In this document: piece after piece, positions 53,226-63,081 of the stretch | Layout of the letters: every line of letters begins with the position of its first letter | Numbering within the stretch: the first letter of the stretch is position 1 | Origin: a virus | Length of the DNA: 64,000 nucleotides | Reading direction: 5' to 3' (one strand) | Virus record (IMG/VR): IMGVR_UViG_3300027793_000055 | Span: 123,751-187,750 of that record | Notes under the pieces: model-generated | The model's database searches: none | What the model saw: the letters and a program-made list of their open reading frames with translations, nothing else | Told to the model about the DNA's origin: nothing | Translations under genes and position numbers: made by a program

Positions 53226-53699
53226 TCATTTTTTATCTGTACTACCTAAAGCACCTGTACCACGATTTGAAATGGTAATTGGGTAATAATCATACAAGTC
53301 TGGCTTATCGCCTGTTTGTTCAAATGCTTTAAAATGAACAACAGGAATTAGTACAGCTTGTGCAATTTTATCACCCTTCTTCAAGGTTTGTGGACCGACA
53401 CCAACATTATGTAGATTCACAAATACCTCACCATCATATCCACTATCTACAACACAAGCACCAACAAGCAGTGAACGCTTTGCAGCAACACCAGAACGGT
53501 TTTTGATTTCTAGCATATAACCGTGTGGTACACCAAAACGACAACCTGTTTGTAATAGAGCACAGCGACCTGGATCAATTACAACCTCTTCACCATTTGG
53601 TGGATTGAAGAACAGATCCAAACCAGCATCACTTGGATTGGCACGTTCTGGTACAATTACATCTGGACGTGTTTTAGCAAATTCAATAATAAGACCCAT
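53226..53699 (-). CDS. dut: trimeric dUTPase
   Basis: AGLDL, RSG, GVVDSGYDGE, AQAV, RGTGALGST. Confidence 0.95.
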   Translation of the reverse strand: MGLIIEFAKTRPDVIVPERANPSDAGLDLFFNPPNGEEVVIDPGRCALLQTGCRFGVPHGYMLEIKNRSGVAAKRSLLVGACVVDSGYDGEVFVNLHNVGVGPQTLKKGDKIAQAVLIPVVHFKAFEQTGDKPDLYDYYPITISNRGTGALGSTDKK

Positions 53700-53723
53700 T
53701 ATAATCCTCTTCTTTCTTAGAAA

Positions 53724-54722
53724 TCAAATATCGTTTGGTGTAAAAGAAAATTTAACATCTGCGATAGTCTTGCAGTTTTTCTCTACTGTATCTTTTACTA
53801 CAGTCATAAATGTTTGTTTATTGCCAAGATTTACTGTTTTATTATCAATTATAATATTCCAGCAATCAAGTTGTTCTAAAATATCTACCTTGTTAATTAT
53901 TAGATCAGTGGCACCATTGATTCTAACGGCTTTTATTAATTTAGTAATATCTAGAAAATTAACTTGTCGTGGTCTTCCAGTTGTTGCACCAAATTCCTGA
54001 CCAATCTTCCGAATATCTCTTAATACTTGCAAATCAGGTTCAAACTGTTTTGCACCAACATATGTATCATATGCTTTTGCAACACCAATTACTTTTCGTA
54101 CACTCTGTGGTGGAATACCATTTAACATAGCACCAGCCGTCGTACAATGTGAGGATGTAACATAAGGATAATCGCCCCAATCAATATCTAGATGAAATCC
54201 TTGTGCTCCTTCAAAAAGTACTTTAGCATCTGGATGGGTATTAAAGAATTCTTCGTAGATATCAATTGATTTAATACCTCTCAGTCCATCTTCAAAACGT
54301 AAGCCCTTGCGATCATATTTATCACGATATGCAGGACCATTACCACGTTTTGTGGTACCAATTTTTGTATCTAAACTATCTTCATGAAGATGCATACCAG
54401 TAATTAAATTGGTACGCTTATCAACAAACAGCAATTCTCGTACTTTAATACCAGCAGCTTCCAGTTCTTTCATTTCTTCTTCTAAAAGACCTGTATTTAC
54501 AACACAACCTGGTCCAATAATAGATTTAACACCTTGTACAACACCTGTTGGAATAGCGTGTGTTACAAGTTTTTTACCATCCTTATAAATGGTGTGGCCG
54601 GCATTATGTGAGCCGTTAAACCGCACACAATGTGTGTATCCACCATTCTTTAGTAGTGTGTTAGTAACTTTACCTTTACCTTCATCACCGAAACTCAAAC
54701 CTAAAATAATATCAGCAATCAT
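53724..54722 (-). CDS. purA: adenylosuccinate synthetase (short form)
   Basis: GDEGKGK, NAGH, EGAQG, GATTGRPR. Confidence 0.95.
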   Translation of the reverse strand: MIADIILGLSFGDEGKGKVTNTLLKNGGYTHCVRFNGSHNAGHTIYKDGKKLVTHAIPTGVVQGVKSIIGPGCVVNTGLLEEEMKELEAAGIKVRELLFVDKRTNLITGMHLHEDSLDTKIGTTKRGNGPAYRDKYDRKGLRFEDGLRGIKSIDIYEEFFNTHPDAKVLFEGAQGFHLDIDWGDYPYVTSSHCTTAGAMLNGIPPQSVRKVIGVAKAYDTYVGAKQFEPDLQVLRDIRKIGQEFGATTGRPRQVNFLDITKLIKAVRINGATDLIINKVDILEQLDCWNIIIDNKTVNLGNKQTFMTVVKDTVEKNCKTIADVKFSFTPNDI

Positions 54723-54725
54723 TAA

Positions 54726-57700
54726 TCACCCTAAAAGTCGGAAAGACTTACGAATCGAACGTGTCGAGAAACCAAATTGTTCATTATAATCAATCCTACT
54801 CATATATGGCTTATTAATATGAATAACATCGTTTTCTTGAATTCCCCAACAACGAATTTTTGTAACTTTACTTGTTGAATCAACAACATCAAGAACCCAA
54901 AACTCTTTACCATTCTTTGTTTTCTTTACTTCCTTCTTACGGGGAATAAACCAAACAAATTGTAGTTCTGGATCATATTCACCAATTGGTTTGATACCAT
55001 TATCCTCCAGTTTGTTCATTGTGTCAAGCGACATTACACGATTTAGTGGGAAGAAGCCTGTTAGTTCTGTCAAGAATACAATCTTCTCTTCTTCACTAAA
55101 ATCACCTTCTGGACGATATAGTTCAAGATTTTCCTCAAACTTCTTTAAATTACGAGGACGATCAACAGCAACAACAGACCAGAAATGCTTTGCACCAGAG
55201 AATCGTTGATCAATCAAGCCATTCAAGGCACCAGCACGACAAAGAACATCAAGAGCCTTCTTATTCAGTTTTGAATAAGACATATACTCGTTGAATAGGA
55301 ACTCTTCTACTGTTTTGAATGGACGATAGTTAACAATTTCTTTAAATGCAGCTGCACCAAGACCTTTAATAGCCATCAAAGGCTGAATCAGTGTTTCACC
55401 ATCTTCACTAATCTCCCATACTTCACCAGAAGTGTTAATATCCAATTGCTTGATTTTGAAACCAAGACCCTTTGCAATATTAACAGCCTTTTCTTTACGA
55501 TCTTCTGGTTCTTTATCGAGGAATGCAGCCATCCATTCAGCAGCAAAATAGGTCAACAACCAAGCACACTGATACGAGATAATAGAATACGAAACAGCGT
55601 GTGACTTGTTGAAACCGTAACCAGAGAAGAATTCAAACATCTTCCATTGTTCTTCTGCTGCTTTCTTATGAATGCCTTTCTCTACACAACCGTTAATAAA
55701 CTTATCGTAAAGAGCGGTTTTTACTTTATCTTCCTTACCAGTACCCTTCTTTGTAAGAACCTTACGAAGCTGATTACCTTCTTCTAGAGAAAGATCCTTA
55801 CCAAGTTTATGAGCCATAGAAGCAATCTGTTCTTGGAAGATAAGGAATCCATAAGTATCTTCTGTCACCTGACGAGCAAGTGGATGAATATACTTAATTC
55901 GTGTTGGCGATTCACGAGCCTCTACATAATTCTTATCAACGTCGGCGTTCAATGGACCGGGACGATAGATAGAAGTAATAGCAGAAATGTCGATAATACT
56001 TGTTGGTTTTGCACGCTGGCAGAACCGTTGAGCACCATTTTCTGTGAATTGGAAAATACCAGCCCACTTTCCATCATGGAATACATTCTTGTATACTTTC
56101 TGATCTTCTAGATCAAGAACATCAGGATGCAATACTTCATCATAATAAGCCTTAATATCATCGAACGTAGGATTCTTGATACCTTTGTGACGCTTAAGAA
56201 TATGAGAAATAGCAGTTTCAATCATCTTCAGCGTAGCAAGACCAAGAACGTCAAACTTAATAAAACCAAGTGGCTCAAGGTGGCGAACGTTTTGACCTTC
56301 TGCCCACGGTGTTTGAATTACACCACCACTATTAATCAATGGCATTGATTGATCAATCTTTTCGGCAACAACAACACCACCAGCATGACGTGAAGCTGAA
56401 CGGATTTGACCGTGCAGAGCATTAACGTGATGCTTGATTTGCGGATACTTTTCAAGGAAATTAATCAGTGATTCACTAAACTCCATTACCTCTTCGAAGG
56501 TTGGAACATAAAGACCAGCCTTAATACCATTCTTCTGTTTGGCAAGTGGTGTAGCTTCAAGCATCATCTTGCTTGTTACATCATTTACCTCAGAGAATTC
56601 AATATCATAGAATTTACTAATATCCTTGATTAGTGATTTAAGTTGCAAGGTATTCCAGTTTGTAATTGGTGCAACCTTATCCATACCCCATTCTTTAATA
56701 AGAGTTTCTTTGAGAGTCATTGGTTCTGCAACATCAAAGTCAATATCTGGATAATCCTTCTGATTTGAACGCATGAAACGCTCAAACTGAAGATCCCACT
56801 TAATCGGGTCAATTTGTGTAATACCAAGAAGATAGGATACAAGAGCACCTGCACCTGAACCGCGACCAGGACCACTAATCATAGACTGATTAGCCTTATC
56901 TGCAATCGCCCTCATTGTAAGAAAATATTGTGAGAAGTTATTTTGCTTAATAACTTCCAATTCGCGTTCTAGACGGGCAGTATATTCTTCCTTCTTTTTG
57001 TGTCCACGAATTTTCATATTCGCTAGACCTTCATTGGTTAGACGAGACAGTTCTTCATCTGCTGTTGATCCATCTGGAACAACAAAGGTGGGCAGCTTAA
57101 CTGTTGTATCTGGTCTAAAATTTTCAATACGTTCAAAAGCAATATGATGAGTTTCTTCGATTGAACGAAGTACGACCTGTTGATCAAATTCCATTTCATG
57201 AATAGCAGAATAGTGCTGGAATGATGCTAGCATCTGATCACCATTCTTTGGATACAATTCATAACCAACTTCATCAACAGAAGCTGGAAGTGACTTATCG
57301 GCATCCTTCTTGTTCAGCCAACCAATCTTCTTATAAAGAATACGATCCTTCCACATATCAGGACGTGGATAGTGAGAATCGGCAGTAGAAATTGTCTTGA
57401 AACCAAATTCTTGTGAAAGCTGAATAATATACTTATTCAGCAGCATTTGGTCTTTAGAATCGTTCCATTGAAGCTCACCATACCAACGATCACCAAAGAT
57501 TTCCATCATCCTCTTTGTGGTATCGCGCATAGCGTCTAGAATGGCTTTTGGGCCACTTTCATAGTTTTCCCAATAGTCACCAGCATAAACACCACCAAGA
57601 CAAGCAGAAGCCGCAATAACGCCTTCATTATGTGCCTTAAGCATTTGGTAATCAATACGTGGAAAACGATAATAGTTATCACCCTGATATGACTTTGAGA

Positions 57701-58154
57701 TCAGGGTGAAAATATTATTTAGACCGGTCTGATTCTGTGCAAGAAGAATAAGATGCCGGCGCTTATTTAGAACGTTCTTTGTAGAAGTCTTTGATTCCTC
57801 TTCATTTTCAATTGTTAGAGTTACTTCTTCATCTTCTGATTTTGCAGAGGTTTTCTTAGCAGACTTTTGATTTTCTTTGAGTTTCTTCCACTCTTCAATA
57901 GAATGATGAAAATATGCTTCAACACCATAAATTGGCTTGAAGTTCCTCCCTTCGGAAGTCATCTTCTCAGAATGAAGAAGCTGATATGGCAAAGAATTCA
58001 TGTTACCATGATTTGTGATTGCCATAGCATCCATACCATTTGAATAAGCAAAATCATAGTGTTCAGATGGTAGGCCGATGGCATCGAAAATACTGAAGCC
58101 GTCGTGAGCGTGAAGGTTAATGAATTTAATTTTTGAAGAGACACGATCAGACAT
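54726..58154 (-). CDS. dnaE: DNA polymerase III alpha subunit (family C)
   Basis: PHP HAH/DSHY, GPGRGSGAG, PDIDFD, GFNKSHA. Confidence 0.95.
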   Translation of the reverse strand: MSDRVSSKIKFINLHAHDGFSIFDAIGLPSEHYDFAYSNGMDAMAITNHGNMNSLPYQLLHSEKMTSEGRNFKPIYGVEAYFHHSIEEWKKLKENQKSAKKTSAKSEDEEVTLTIENEEESKTSTKNVLNKRRHLILLAQNQTGLNNIFTLISKSYQGDNYYRFPRIDYQMLKAHNEGVIAASACLGGVYAGDYWENYESGPKAILDAMRDTTKRMMEIFGDRWYGELQWNDSKDQMLLNKYIIQLSQEFGFKTISTADSHYPRPDMWKDRILYKKIGWLNKKDADKSLPASVDEVGYELYPKNGDQMLASFQHYSAIHEMEFDQQVVLRSIEETHHIAFERIENFRPDTTVKLPTFVVPDGSTADEELSRLTNEGLANMKIRGHKKKEEYTARLERELEVIKQNNFSQYFLTMRAIADKANQSMISGPGRGSGAGALVSYLLGITQIDPIKWDLQFERFMRSNQKDYPDIDFDVAEPMTLKETLIKEWGMDKVAPITNWNTLQLKSLIKDISKFYDIEFSEVNDVTSKMMLEATPLAKQKNGIKAGLYVPTFEEVMEFSESLINFLEKYPQIKHHVNALHGQIRSASRHAGGVVVAEKIDQSMPLINSGGVIQTPWAEGQNVRHLEPLGFIKFDVLGLATLKMIETAISHILKRHKGIKNPTFDDIKAYYDEVLHPDVLDLEDQKVYKNVFHDGKWAGIFQFTENGAQRFCQRAKPTSIIDISAITSIYRPGPLNADVDKNYVEARESPTRIKYIHPLARQVTEDTYGFLIFQEQIASMAHKLGKDLSLEEGNQLRKVLTKKGTGKEDKVKTALYDKFINGCVEKGIHKKAAEEQWKMFEFFSGYGFNKSHAVSYSIISYQCAWLLTYFAAEWMAAFLDKEPEDRKEKAVNIAKGLGFKIKQLDINTSGEVWEISEDGETLIQPLMAIKGLGAAAFKEIVNYRPFKTVEEFLFNEYMSYSKLNKKALDVLCRAGALNGLIDQRFSGAKHFWSVVAVDRPRNLKKFEENLELYRPEGDFSEEEKIVFLTELTGFFPLNRVMSLDTMNKLEDNGIKPIGEYDPELQFVWFIPRKKEVKKTKNGKEFWVLDVVDSTSKVTKIRCWGIQENDVIHINKPYMSRIDYNEQFGFSTRSIRKSFRLLG

Positions 58155-58164
58155 TTTTTTTCTC

Positions 58165-58371
58165 CTAATAAGCTTTCTTAAATTCTCGATGATTAAACAG
58201 TCTTAATACAGAATCATCCATAAGAAGCTGATATGTATGCAGAATGTGATTCTCTGGAACACTGGTATCAAAATCAACAATTAGACCAATCCTATGTTGG
58301 TATTTTGTAAAAGGTAGTATTTCTACCAAATCACCAATTTGGTAGCTATAGTTATAGAATTCTTTGTTCAT
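58165..58371 (-). CDS. small SH3/KOW-like protein
   Basis: YQIGDLVEI. Confidence 0.65.
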   Translation of the reverse strand: MNKEFYNYSYQIGDLVEILPFTKYQHRIGLIVDFDTSVPENHILHTYQLLMDDSVLRLFNHREFKKAY

Positions 58372-58465
58372 GAAAGCACCTGAAATTCGCTTTCTTTATA
58401 AGCCAATTTTTTGTTCTGAATTATTCAGAGGTATCGATACAAGATCGCCAACTTTTGGTATTATA

Positions 58466-58807
58466 TTACTTGTTTTTTGCTCTTCCAAGCGGCGAGACAA
58501 AAGAGATCGCATAGGAACCCATCTTAGCATGCTCCTCTTCATTTGTCAACTCGCACTCAAACACAAGCCAAGTTTTGCCGGTTTGTTGTGAATGCCAAAC
58601 ATATGTATTGAAATTTTTATTTTTTTTTGTAAAAAGACTATTTGAGCTATAACTTCCTATTATAACACCAACATTATTGGCTTCTTCCATATAGAAAGGT
58701 CTATTCCACTTCTTTCTTAATGATATATATGGACCAAATTCAACTGGTGTCGGATCTTTTTCAGACATACCGGTATAAAAAGCTAATTGACCTACTTTAA
58801 ACTTCAT
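58466..58807 (-). CDS. SH3/KOW-like protein
   Basis: FKVGQLAFY. Confidence 0.7.
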   Translation of the reverse strand: MKFKVGQLAFYTGMSEKDPTPVEFGPYISLRKKWNRPFYMEEANNVGVIIGSYSSNSLFTKKNKNFNTYVWHSQQTGKTWLVFECELTNEEEHAKMGSYAISFVSPLGRAKNK

Positions 58808-59108
58808 TCGTTTCTGCCCACTTAACGGTTAACATCTGAATTCCATAATCCTGCGCCACAAAGAAAAGTGGATTTTTATTCTTAAACTGTACAGCTAATT
58901 CTATAAACACTTTTTTAGAAAGTTTTGAACAATCATAAAGAAATTTATTTTTACCAGTTTTAGCCATTTCTGCTATACGAGTTTCTATGTCTTCAATATA
59001 AAAAGAAATTCTATCTTTTTCTTTGTCTGTTAATGGAACATCTTCATTTTTTAAAACGTTGACTGCTTTTTTTGTAACTTGACAAATTTCTTTGTAGTCT
59101 AAACTCAT
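58797..59108 (-). CDS. hypothetical protein
   Basis: ORF track. Confidence 0.7.
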   Translation of the reverse strand: MSLDYKEICQVTKKAVNVLKNEDVPLTDKEKDRISFYIEDIETRIAEMAKTGKNKFLYDCSKLSKKVFIELAVQFKNKNPLFFVAQDYGIQMLTVKWAETNEV

Positions 59109-59135
59109 ATATTACTCCTTTTATAATAGGCTGAC

Positions 59136-60086
59136 CTATGGTTCATCTATTTCTACTTCAAAGTCTCTATCTTCACCAATTGGATTAAATTCATGATATT
59201 CAAAACCAAAACGCGGTCTTTTAACACGTTTACTGTTGGCAGAACCCATAAATTTTTGATAACCTTCCCAAGAGTCTATTTGATGGTACCAAGATAATTT
59301 AAGAGTATTATCCTCATTGACATTAGCTATATCAAATATTTCTTCTGGCTTAAAAAATCTACCTGTATATCTCTGCTCTTTGGCCAACAACTCGCCATAA
59401 AATTTTCCATCTTTCCATTTACCATTTTTCCATAAAAGTTTTTCATTATCACGAAACCTTTTTAGGTATTGCGAATATTCCTCTGGAGATATTGTAAAGC
59501 CTGTTAAGGCACCATCTTTTATTGTTTTTCCATCCGGTGTTTGAAGAAAAAATTGTTTCTCGCTTGAAATTTCTAATCGCTTATTTTTTATAAGTGAATT
59601 AGGATACACGGCATATGGAAATGATACATAATATCTATTTGGCGTTACCCATCTACTAAAATAACGAGATATATGGTGTGCTCTCTGGATTCCAAAAAAG
59701 ATAGACCATACAAGACCGTCTCTTACATCCCTATCTTTTGGGTTAATAGGCACATAGTATATTGGTATTTGTTTTAGATATTGGGATGGATATTTAACAT
59801 ATCTTGCTTTTAATTTTGGATTATTTACTGGATCATAAATCCAATCTCCCAATCTATGCCGTAATAAAGGTGTTGTTTCACGGTGGGAAACAACCCAAAT
59901 TGTTTCACAACCTGCAACAGCACATTCGTATATGGCACGCTCAAAAGAAAGATAGTTTGGCGCTATTGGCATTAAACTTTCATGCCAAGGTAAATTAAAG
60001 CCCAATGGTTGACAAGCTATTGGTACTATGCCGGCTAAATGAAATTTCTTTCTATAGCCTGTATTTGATTCTAATTCTTCTTCCAT
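59136..60086 (-). CDS. sugar-nucleotidyltransferase-like protein
   Basis: LAGIVP..GF..LMPI; divergent active site. Confidence 0.55.
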   Translation of the reverse strand: MEEELESNTGYRKKFHLAGIVPIACQPLGFNLPWHESLMPIAPNYLSFERAIYECAVAGCETIWVVSHRETTPLLRHRLGDWIYDPVNNPKLKARYVKYPSQYLKQIPIYYVPINPKDRDVRDGLVWSIFFGIQRAHHISRYFSRWVTPNRYYVSFPYAVYPNSLIKNKRLEISSEKQFFLQTPDGKTIKDGALTGFTISPEEYSQYLKRFRDNEKLLWKNGKWKDGKFYGELLAKEQRYTGRFFKPEEIFDIANVNEDNTLKLSWYHQIDSWEGYQKFMGSANSKRVKRPRFGFEYHEFNPIGEDRDFEVEIDEP

Positions 60087-60856
60087 CGTGTAAAATGCCT
60101 TAATACCTTTCTAACATAAGCATTTTCACTTGTTAAATCTGCGAAAATAGGCGTAGAATCGAAAAAAAATATCTCGCGCTTTTCAAATTCTATTTTGATA
60201 GGGGCCGTGCTCGGTTTCCCTGTTGCAGAGAAACCTACTTTTTTTCCTTTCAAGCCATTCTTTTTTAGCATCTCTAATGTCTTTAGTCTGGAATAAACCG
60301 GACCATAAGACTCATCGCCCAATTGCTGTTTTGTAAGAAAAGATAATGAAACTAAATCTTTTGGTACCTTTTCATAATCTGTATTAGATTTGTAAAATAG
60401 TTTTGATTTATTCTGTCTTTGTGATGGATAAAAAATAACTTTTTTAACAAAATCATCTTTACAATCATCAATAAATCTAACTGAATGTAATCCACAGCTT
60501 CTTATGTTAATCCAATCAGCAACCTGAAATATGCCTTCATATGTTTCAAGATCTATCCTGAAGTCAAAAATGTTTTTACAGTTAAATTCTTGTACCCAAG
60601 CTCTTTTACCAGTTACTTTAACCTTTTTATCCTGAACTGTAATGTTTTCTATTTTATCTCCAAAATAGTTTAATCCTGCCATTGAAAGTAGGAAAGCAAT
60701 ATATTCTTGGTAATCACGTTTTGAAAAATTGTCGTCGAGGTAATCAAATTCAAATGGTAGTTCCAAATCCTTATATACAATTGGAAAACCATTCTTCAAA
60801 GCAAATTGAAGTGCTTTTAGATTACCGCCTATTACAAGATTGTCGAGTTCAGCCAT
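60071..60856 (-). CDS. hypothetical protein, Rossmann-like N-terminus
   Basis: LVIGGNLKAL. Confidence 0.65.
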   Translation of the reverse strand: MAELDNLVIGGNLKALQFALKNGFPIVYKDLELPFEFDYLDDNFSKRDYQEYIAFLLSMAGLNYFGDKIENITVQDKKVKVTGKRAWVQEFNCKNIFDFRIDLETYEGIFQVADWINIRSCGLHSVRFIDDCKDDFVKKVIFYPSQRQNKSKLFYKSNTDYEKVPKDLVSLSFLTKQQLGDESYGPVYSRLKTLEMLKKNGLKGKKVGFSATGKPSTAPIKIEFEKREIFFFDSTPIFADLTSENAYVRKVLRHFTRWKKN

Positions 60857-61559
60857 TTCTTACTTCATTATATGCCGCTAGTGTCTCTGGATATAAATCT
60901 GCAAGAATTGTTCTCATAGCGTTTGCAACTTGTACGATTTCCCATTGTGCTCCTTCATGTGAACGCAAATCAATGAACTTGAGAATATTATTTAAATTAG
61001 CAGAAGCATAGTATTCGGTATAAAGATTTTGTGGTAATACACCACGAGCCTGTTCACGACAGACACCGGACTCCATCAAATTATTATATAATTTTACCGA
61101 GTTCATATGCCAGTTTTTAACTAGCGTTGAAGCTGACATAATTGCTGACATTCCGGCACCACCAACGTCAATTTGAGGATCAATCAAATCTTGAGCATTA
61201 CTTGCTTGACGATTGCTTTCATGTTGTGTGCGAAATTCTTTTGGTTCATAGAATTCTAATTTCTCGGCTGTATAACGACGTGAAATCTCATTATAACTCC
61301 AAGTGCGGTGTCTATGGTGTTGTGAACGAATGAAAAGTGGCACTTTTACACGAAACGTAACAAAGCAGTGTTCTAGTGTTGAAGTATGTTTATGTTTAAT
61401 CAAATAACGAATAAGTTTCTTATCTTTATTATCTAAATCTTGTTTGTGAACACCAAAAGATACACGCGCAGAATTAACAATTGTTAGATCACTACCTACA
61501 CTGTCAACTAATTCAACTTTACCAATACCATCGCCATAAAGTTCAACACTTTTCATCAT
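60849..61559 (-). CDS. thyX: flavin-dependent thymidylate synthase
   Basis: HTSTLEH, RHRTWSYNEISRRY, EQARGVLP, AQWEI. Confidence 0.95.
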   Translation of the reverse strand: MMKSVELYGDGIGKVELVDSVGSDLTIVNSARVSFGVHKQDLDNKDKKLIRYLIKHKHTSTLEHCFVTFRVKVPLFIRSQHHRHRTWSYNEISRRYTAEKLEFYEPKEFRTQHESNRQASNAQDLIDPQIDVGGAGMSAIMSASTLVKNWHMNSVKLYNNLMESGVCREQARGVLPQNLYTEYYASANLNNILKFIDLRSHEGAQWEIVQVANAMRTILADLYPETLAAYNEVRNG

Positions 61560-62064
61560 TTTTCTCCATTTTATTAATAAGTTCTTTCATCCAAGTATAT
61601 AATTTCTCTATCTCTTGTAAAGAAGCATCATTTTTTATTCTATTTGCTTTATATGAAATAAAAACTACATTATCTTTTGTATATCCCTTTTTAGGATCAA
61701 TTCTATCAATAGAAGGCGAATTATCAGCAGCAATTCCACAGGATTTTTCCAAAATAATTCCAAGAACTGGACATATTTCTGGTATTTTTATATCTTCAAT
61801 AGTTAAATTGAATTGTAAATTTAGATTTTTAGCACGACTTCTTGCTCTTGACAAAATTGCTTTTTGTATATTATTGTTGCGCCATTTTGCTGTTTTATCG
61901 CTATGATATTTTTTAAATTCTTCGCTTTGTCTTGATTTATAAGTTTGTCTGGCTGATTCATTATAACATTCTATACACAAAGAGCGTTTATGATTCTTGC
62001 TATCACCTCTAGAATAAAATTGTTGTAATTCCTTCTCTTTTTTACAGAGCCTGCACTTTTTCAT
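61543..62064 (-). CDS. putative free-standing His-Me finger homing endonuclease
   Basis: CRLC..CIEC; ICPVLG, SPSIDRIDPKKGYTKDNV..N. Confidence 0.75.
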   Translation of the reverse strand: MKKCRLCKKEKELQQFYSRGDSKNHKRSLCIECYNESARQTYKSRQSEEFKKYHSDKTAKWRNNNIQKAILSRARSRAKNLNLQFNLTIEDIKIPEICPVLGIILEKSCGIAADNSPSIDRIDPKKGYTKDNVVFISYKANRIKNDASLQEIEKLYTWMKELINKMEKNDEKC

Positions 62065-62375
62065 TTCTTCCTCTTTGATTTCTGTAAAGCCATTTCTCTA
62101 ACTTCTTCTAAAGTATAAACCCATTTCATTCTATAATGGGCTTCACCCATAGCAATAGTATATGCAAGTCTAAACTCACCTTCAGCAAATTTACTTTTAA
62201 AGCGAATCTTCAAAACATCGTATGGCACACGAATATACCATCTATAACGCCAAAGTTTAATATACCAAGGCTGTTCTTGAAAGCGATTGCTCATTCTTGA
62301 AGCAAGAGCGCCGTGTGGTGGATCTTTAACTTTATCAAGGAGTTGTAGAAATTTATTCTTTTGATTTTCGTTCAT
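62061..62375 (-). CDS. hypothetical protein
   Basis: ORF track. Confidence 0.7.
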   Translation of the reverse strand: MNENQKNKFLQLLDKVKDPPHGALASRMSNRFQEQPWYIKLWRYRWYIRVPYDVLKIRFKSKFAEGEFRLAYTIAMGEAHYRMKWVYTLEEVREMALQKSKRKK

Positions 62376-62701
62376 TTTCTATCTGTCTCCCAAATCATTT
62401 TTACTTCTTGTTGTCGCATTAACTTTTCATTAACACAATAAGCACGAACATCATATCTGCCGGTGCTAATAGAACCAATACAGAAACCATCAGGCAAATC
62501 AAATTCTATATCAGTATATCCTGGAACAGTTCCTTTATGTAGTGTGTTTTCATCGGCACATAAAGCAAAAGAGTTTTGACTATAACCACAAACTTGTGCG
62601 TATTTTGATTTACAATCAATTTCAATAACTATAACTGAATCAGTTTGTAATGAAATCCAAGCACTATTTACAAGAATTTCTCTTTCTTCTATTTTGATCA
62701 T
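62372..62701 (-). CDS. hypothetical protein
   Basis: ORF track. Confidence 0.7.
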   Translation of the reverse strand: MIKIEEREILVNSAWISLQTDSVIVIEIDCKSKYAQVCGYSQNSFALCADENTLHKGTVPGYTDIEFDLPDGFCIGSISTGRYDVRAYCVNEKLMRQQEVKMIWETDRK

Positions 62702-62715
62702 CTTTATCCTTTTAG

Positions 62716-62832
62716 CGTTGGAGGTAGGGAGTTGAACCCTACTAAGGAATGTTACTCAGTATCTACTCGGAGATTTGCACTCCAATTATCTACACTAATT
62801 CACCAGACCCGCGATACTCATACGGCTCCAAC
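62716..62832 (-). ncRNA. 117-nt elongated tRNA-like element
   Basis: GTTGGAG/CTCCAAC acceptor, GTAGGG-TTCAACT-CCCTAC T arm, TTGGAG-TGCAAAT-CTCCGA hairpin, extra AGTATC/GATACT helix. Confidence 0.6.
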
Positions 62833-62838
62833 ATATCC

Positions 62839-63081
62839 TCAACAATATTTATTAGGTGTTTTTTTAAACCACTTATTATTTTGCTGTTCTGTTTCCGCTG
62901 GCTTGTCAGGACTAATATGTGTTTCACTGGTAACAGCAGTAACTTCATAAGATGGCGTTACTTTATTTAATACCAAAGCAATATGATCTTTTACTACTTT
63001 TACTTGTTGTTCGTTTAAGGTTGTTGTTCCCGACAACTCAAAAAAACCTTGTAGCCAATATGTAAATTGTTCAGCTGTCAT
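62839..63081 (-). CDS. conserved phage hypothetical protein
   Basis: MTAEQFTYWLQGFFE...IKDH.LV..KVTP family motif. Confidence 0.8.
   Translation of the reverse strand: MTAEQFTYWLQGFFELSGTTTLNEQQVKVVKDHIALVLNKVTPSYEVTAVTSETHISPDKPAETEQQNNKWFKKTPNKYC

Noticed and set aside
53724-54722. PurZ / 2-aminoadenine (Z) genome
   Set aside because: The motif is GDEGKGK with the PurA catalytic Asp (PurZ has Ser); the polymerase is DnaE; no datZ or mazZ is visible
54726-58154. Intein or intron in DnaE
   Set aside because: Continuous 1142-aa ORF of normal length with no splicing motifs; ThyX and GroEL are also uninterrupted
62716-62832. tmRNA or Y-RNA-like (YrlA)
   Set aside because: Too short and no tag ORF or G3:U70 for tmRNA; arm order not permuted as in YrlA
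1729-62970. Plus-strand ORFs in the track other than 232-960 (e.g. 4264, 4931, 18458, 47005, 53605)
   Set aside because: Antisense shadows of minus-strand genes; Phe/Ser/Leu-rich low-information translations with no SD
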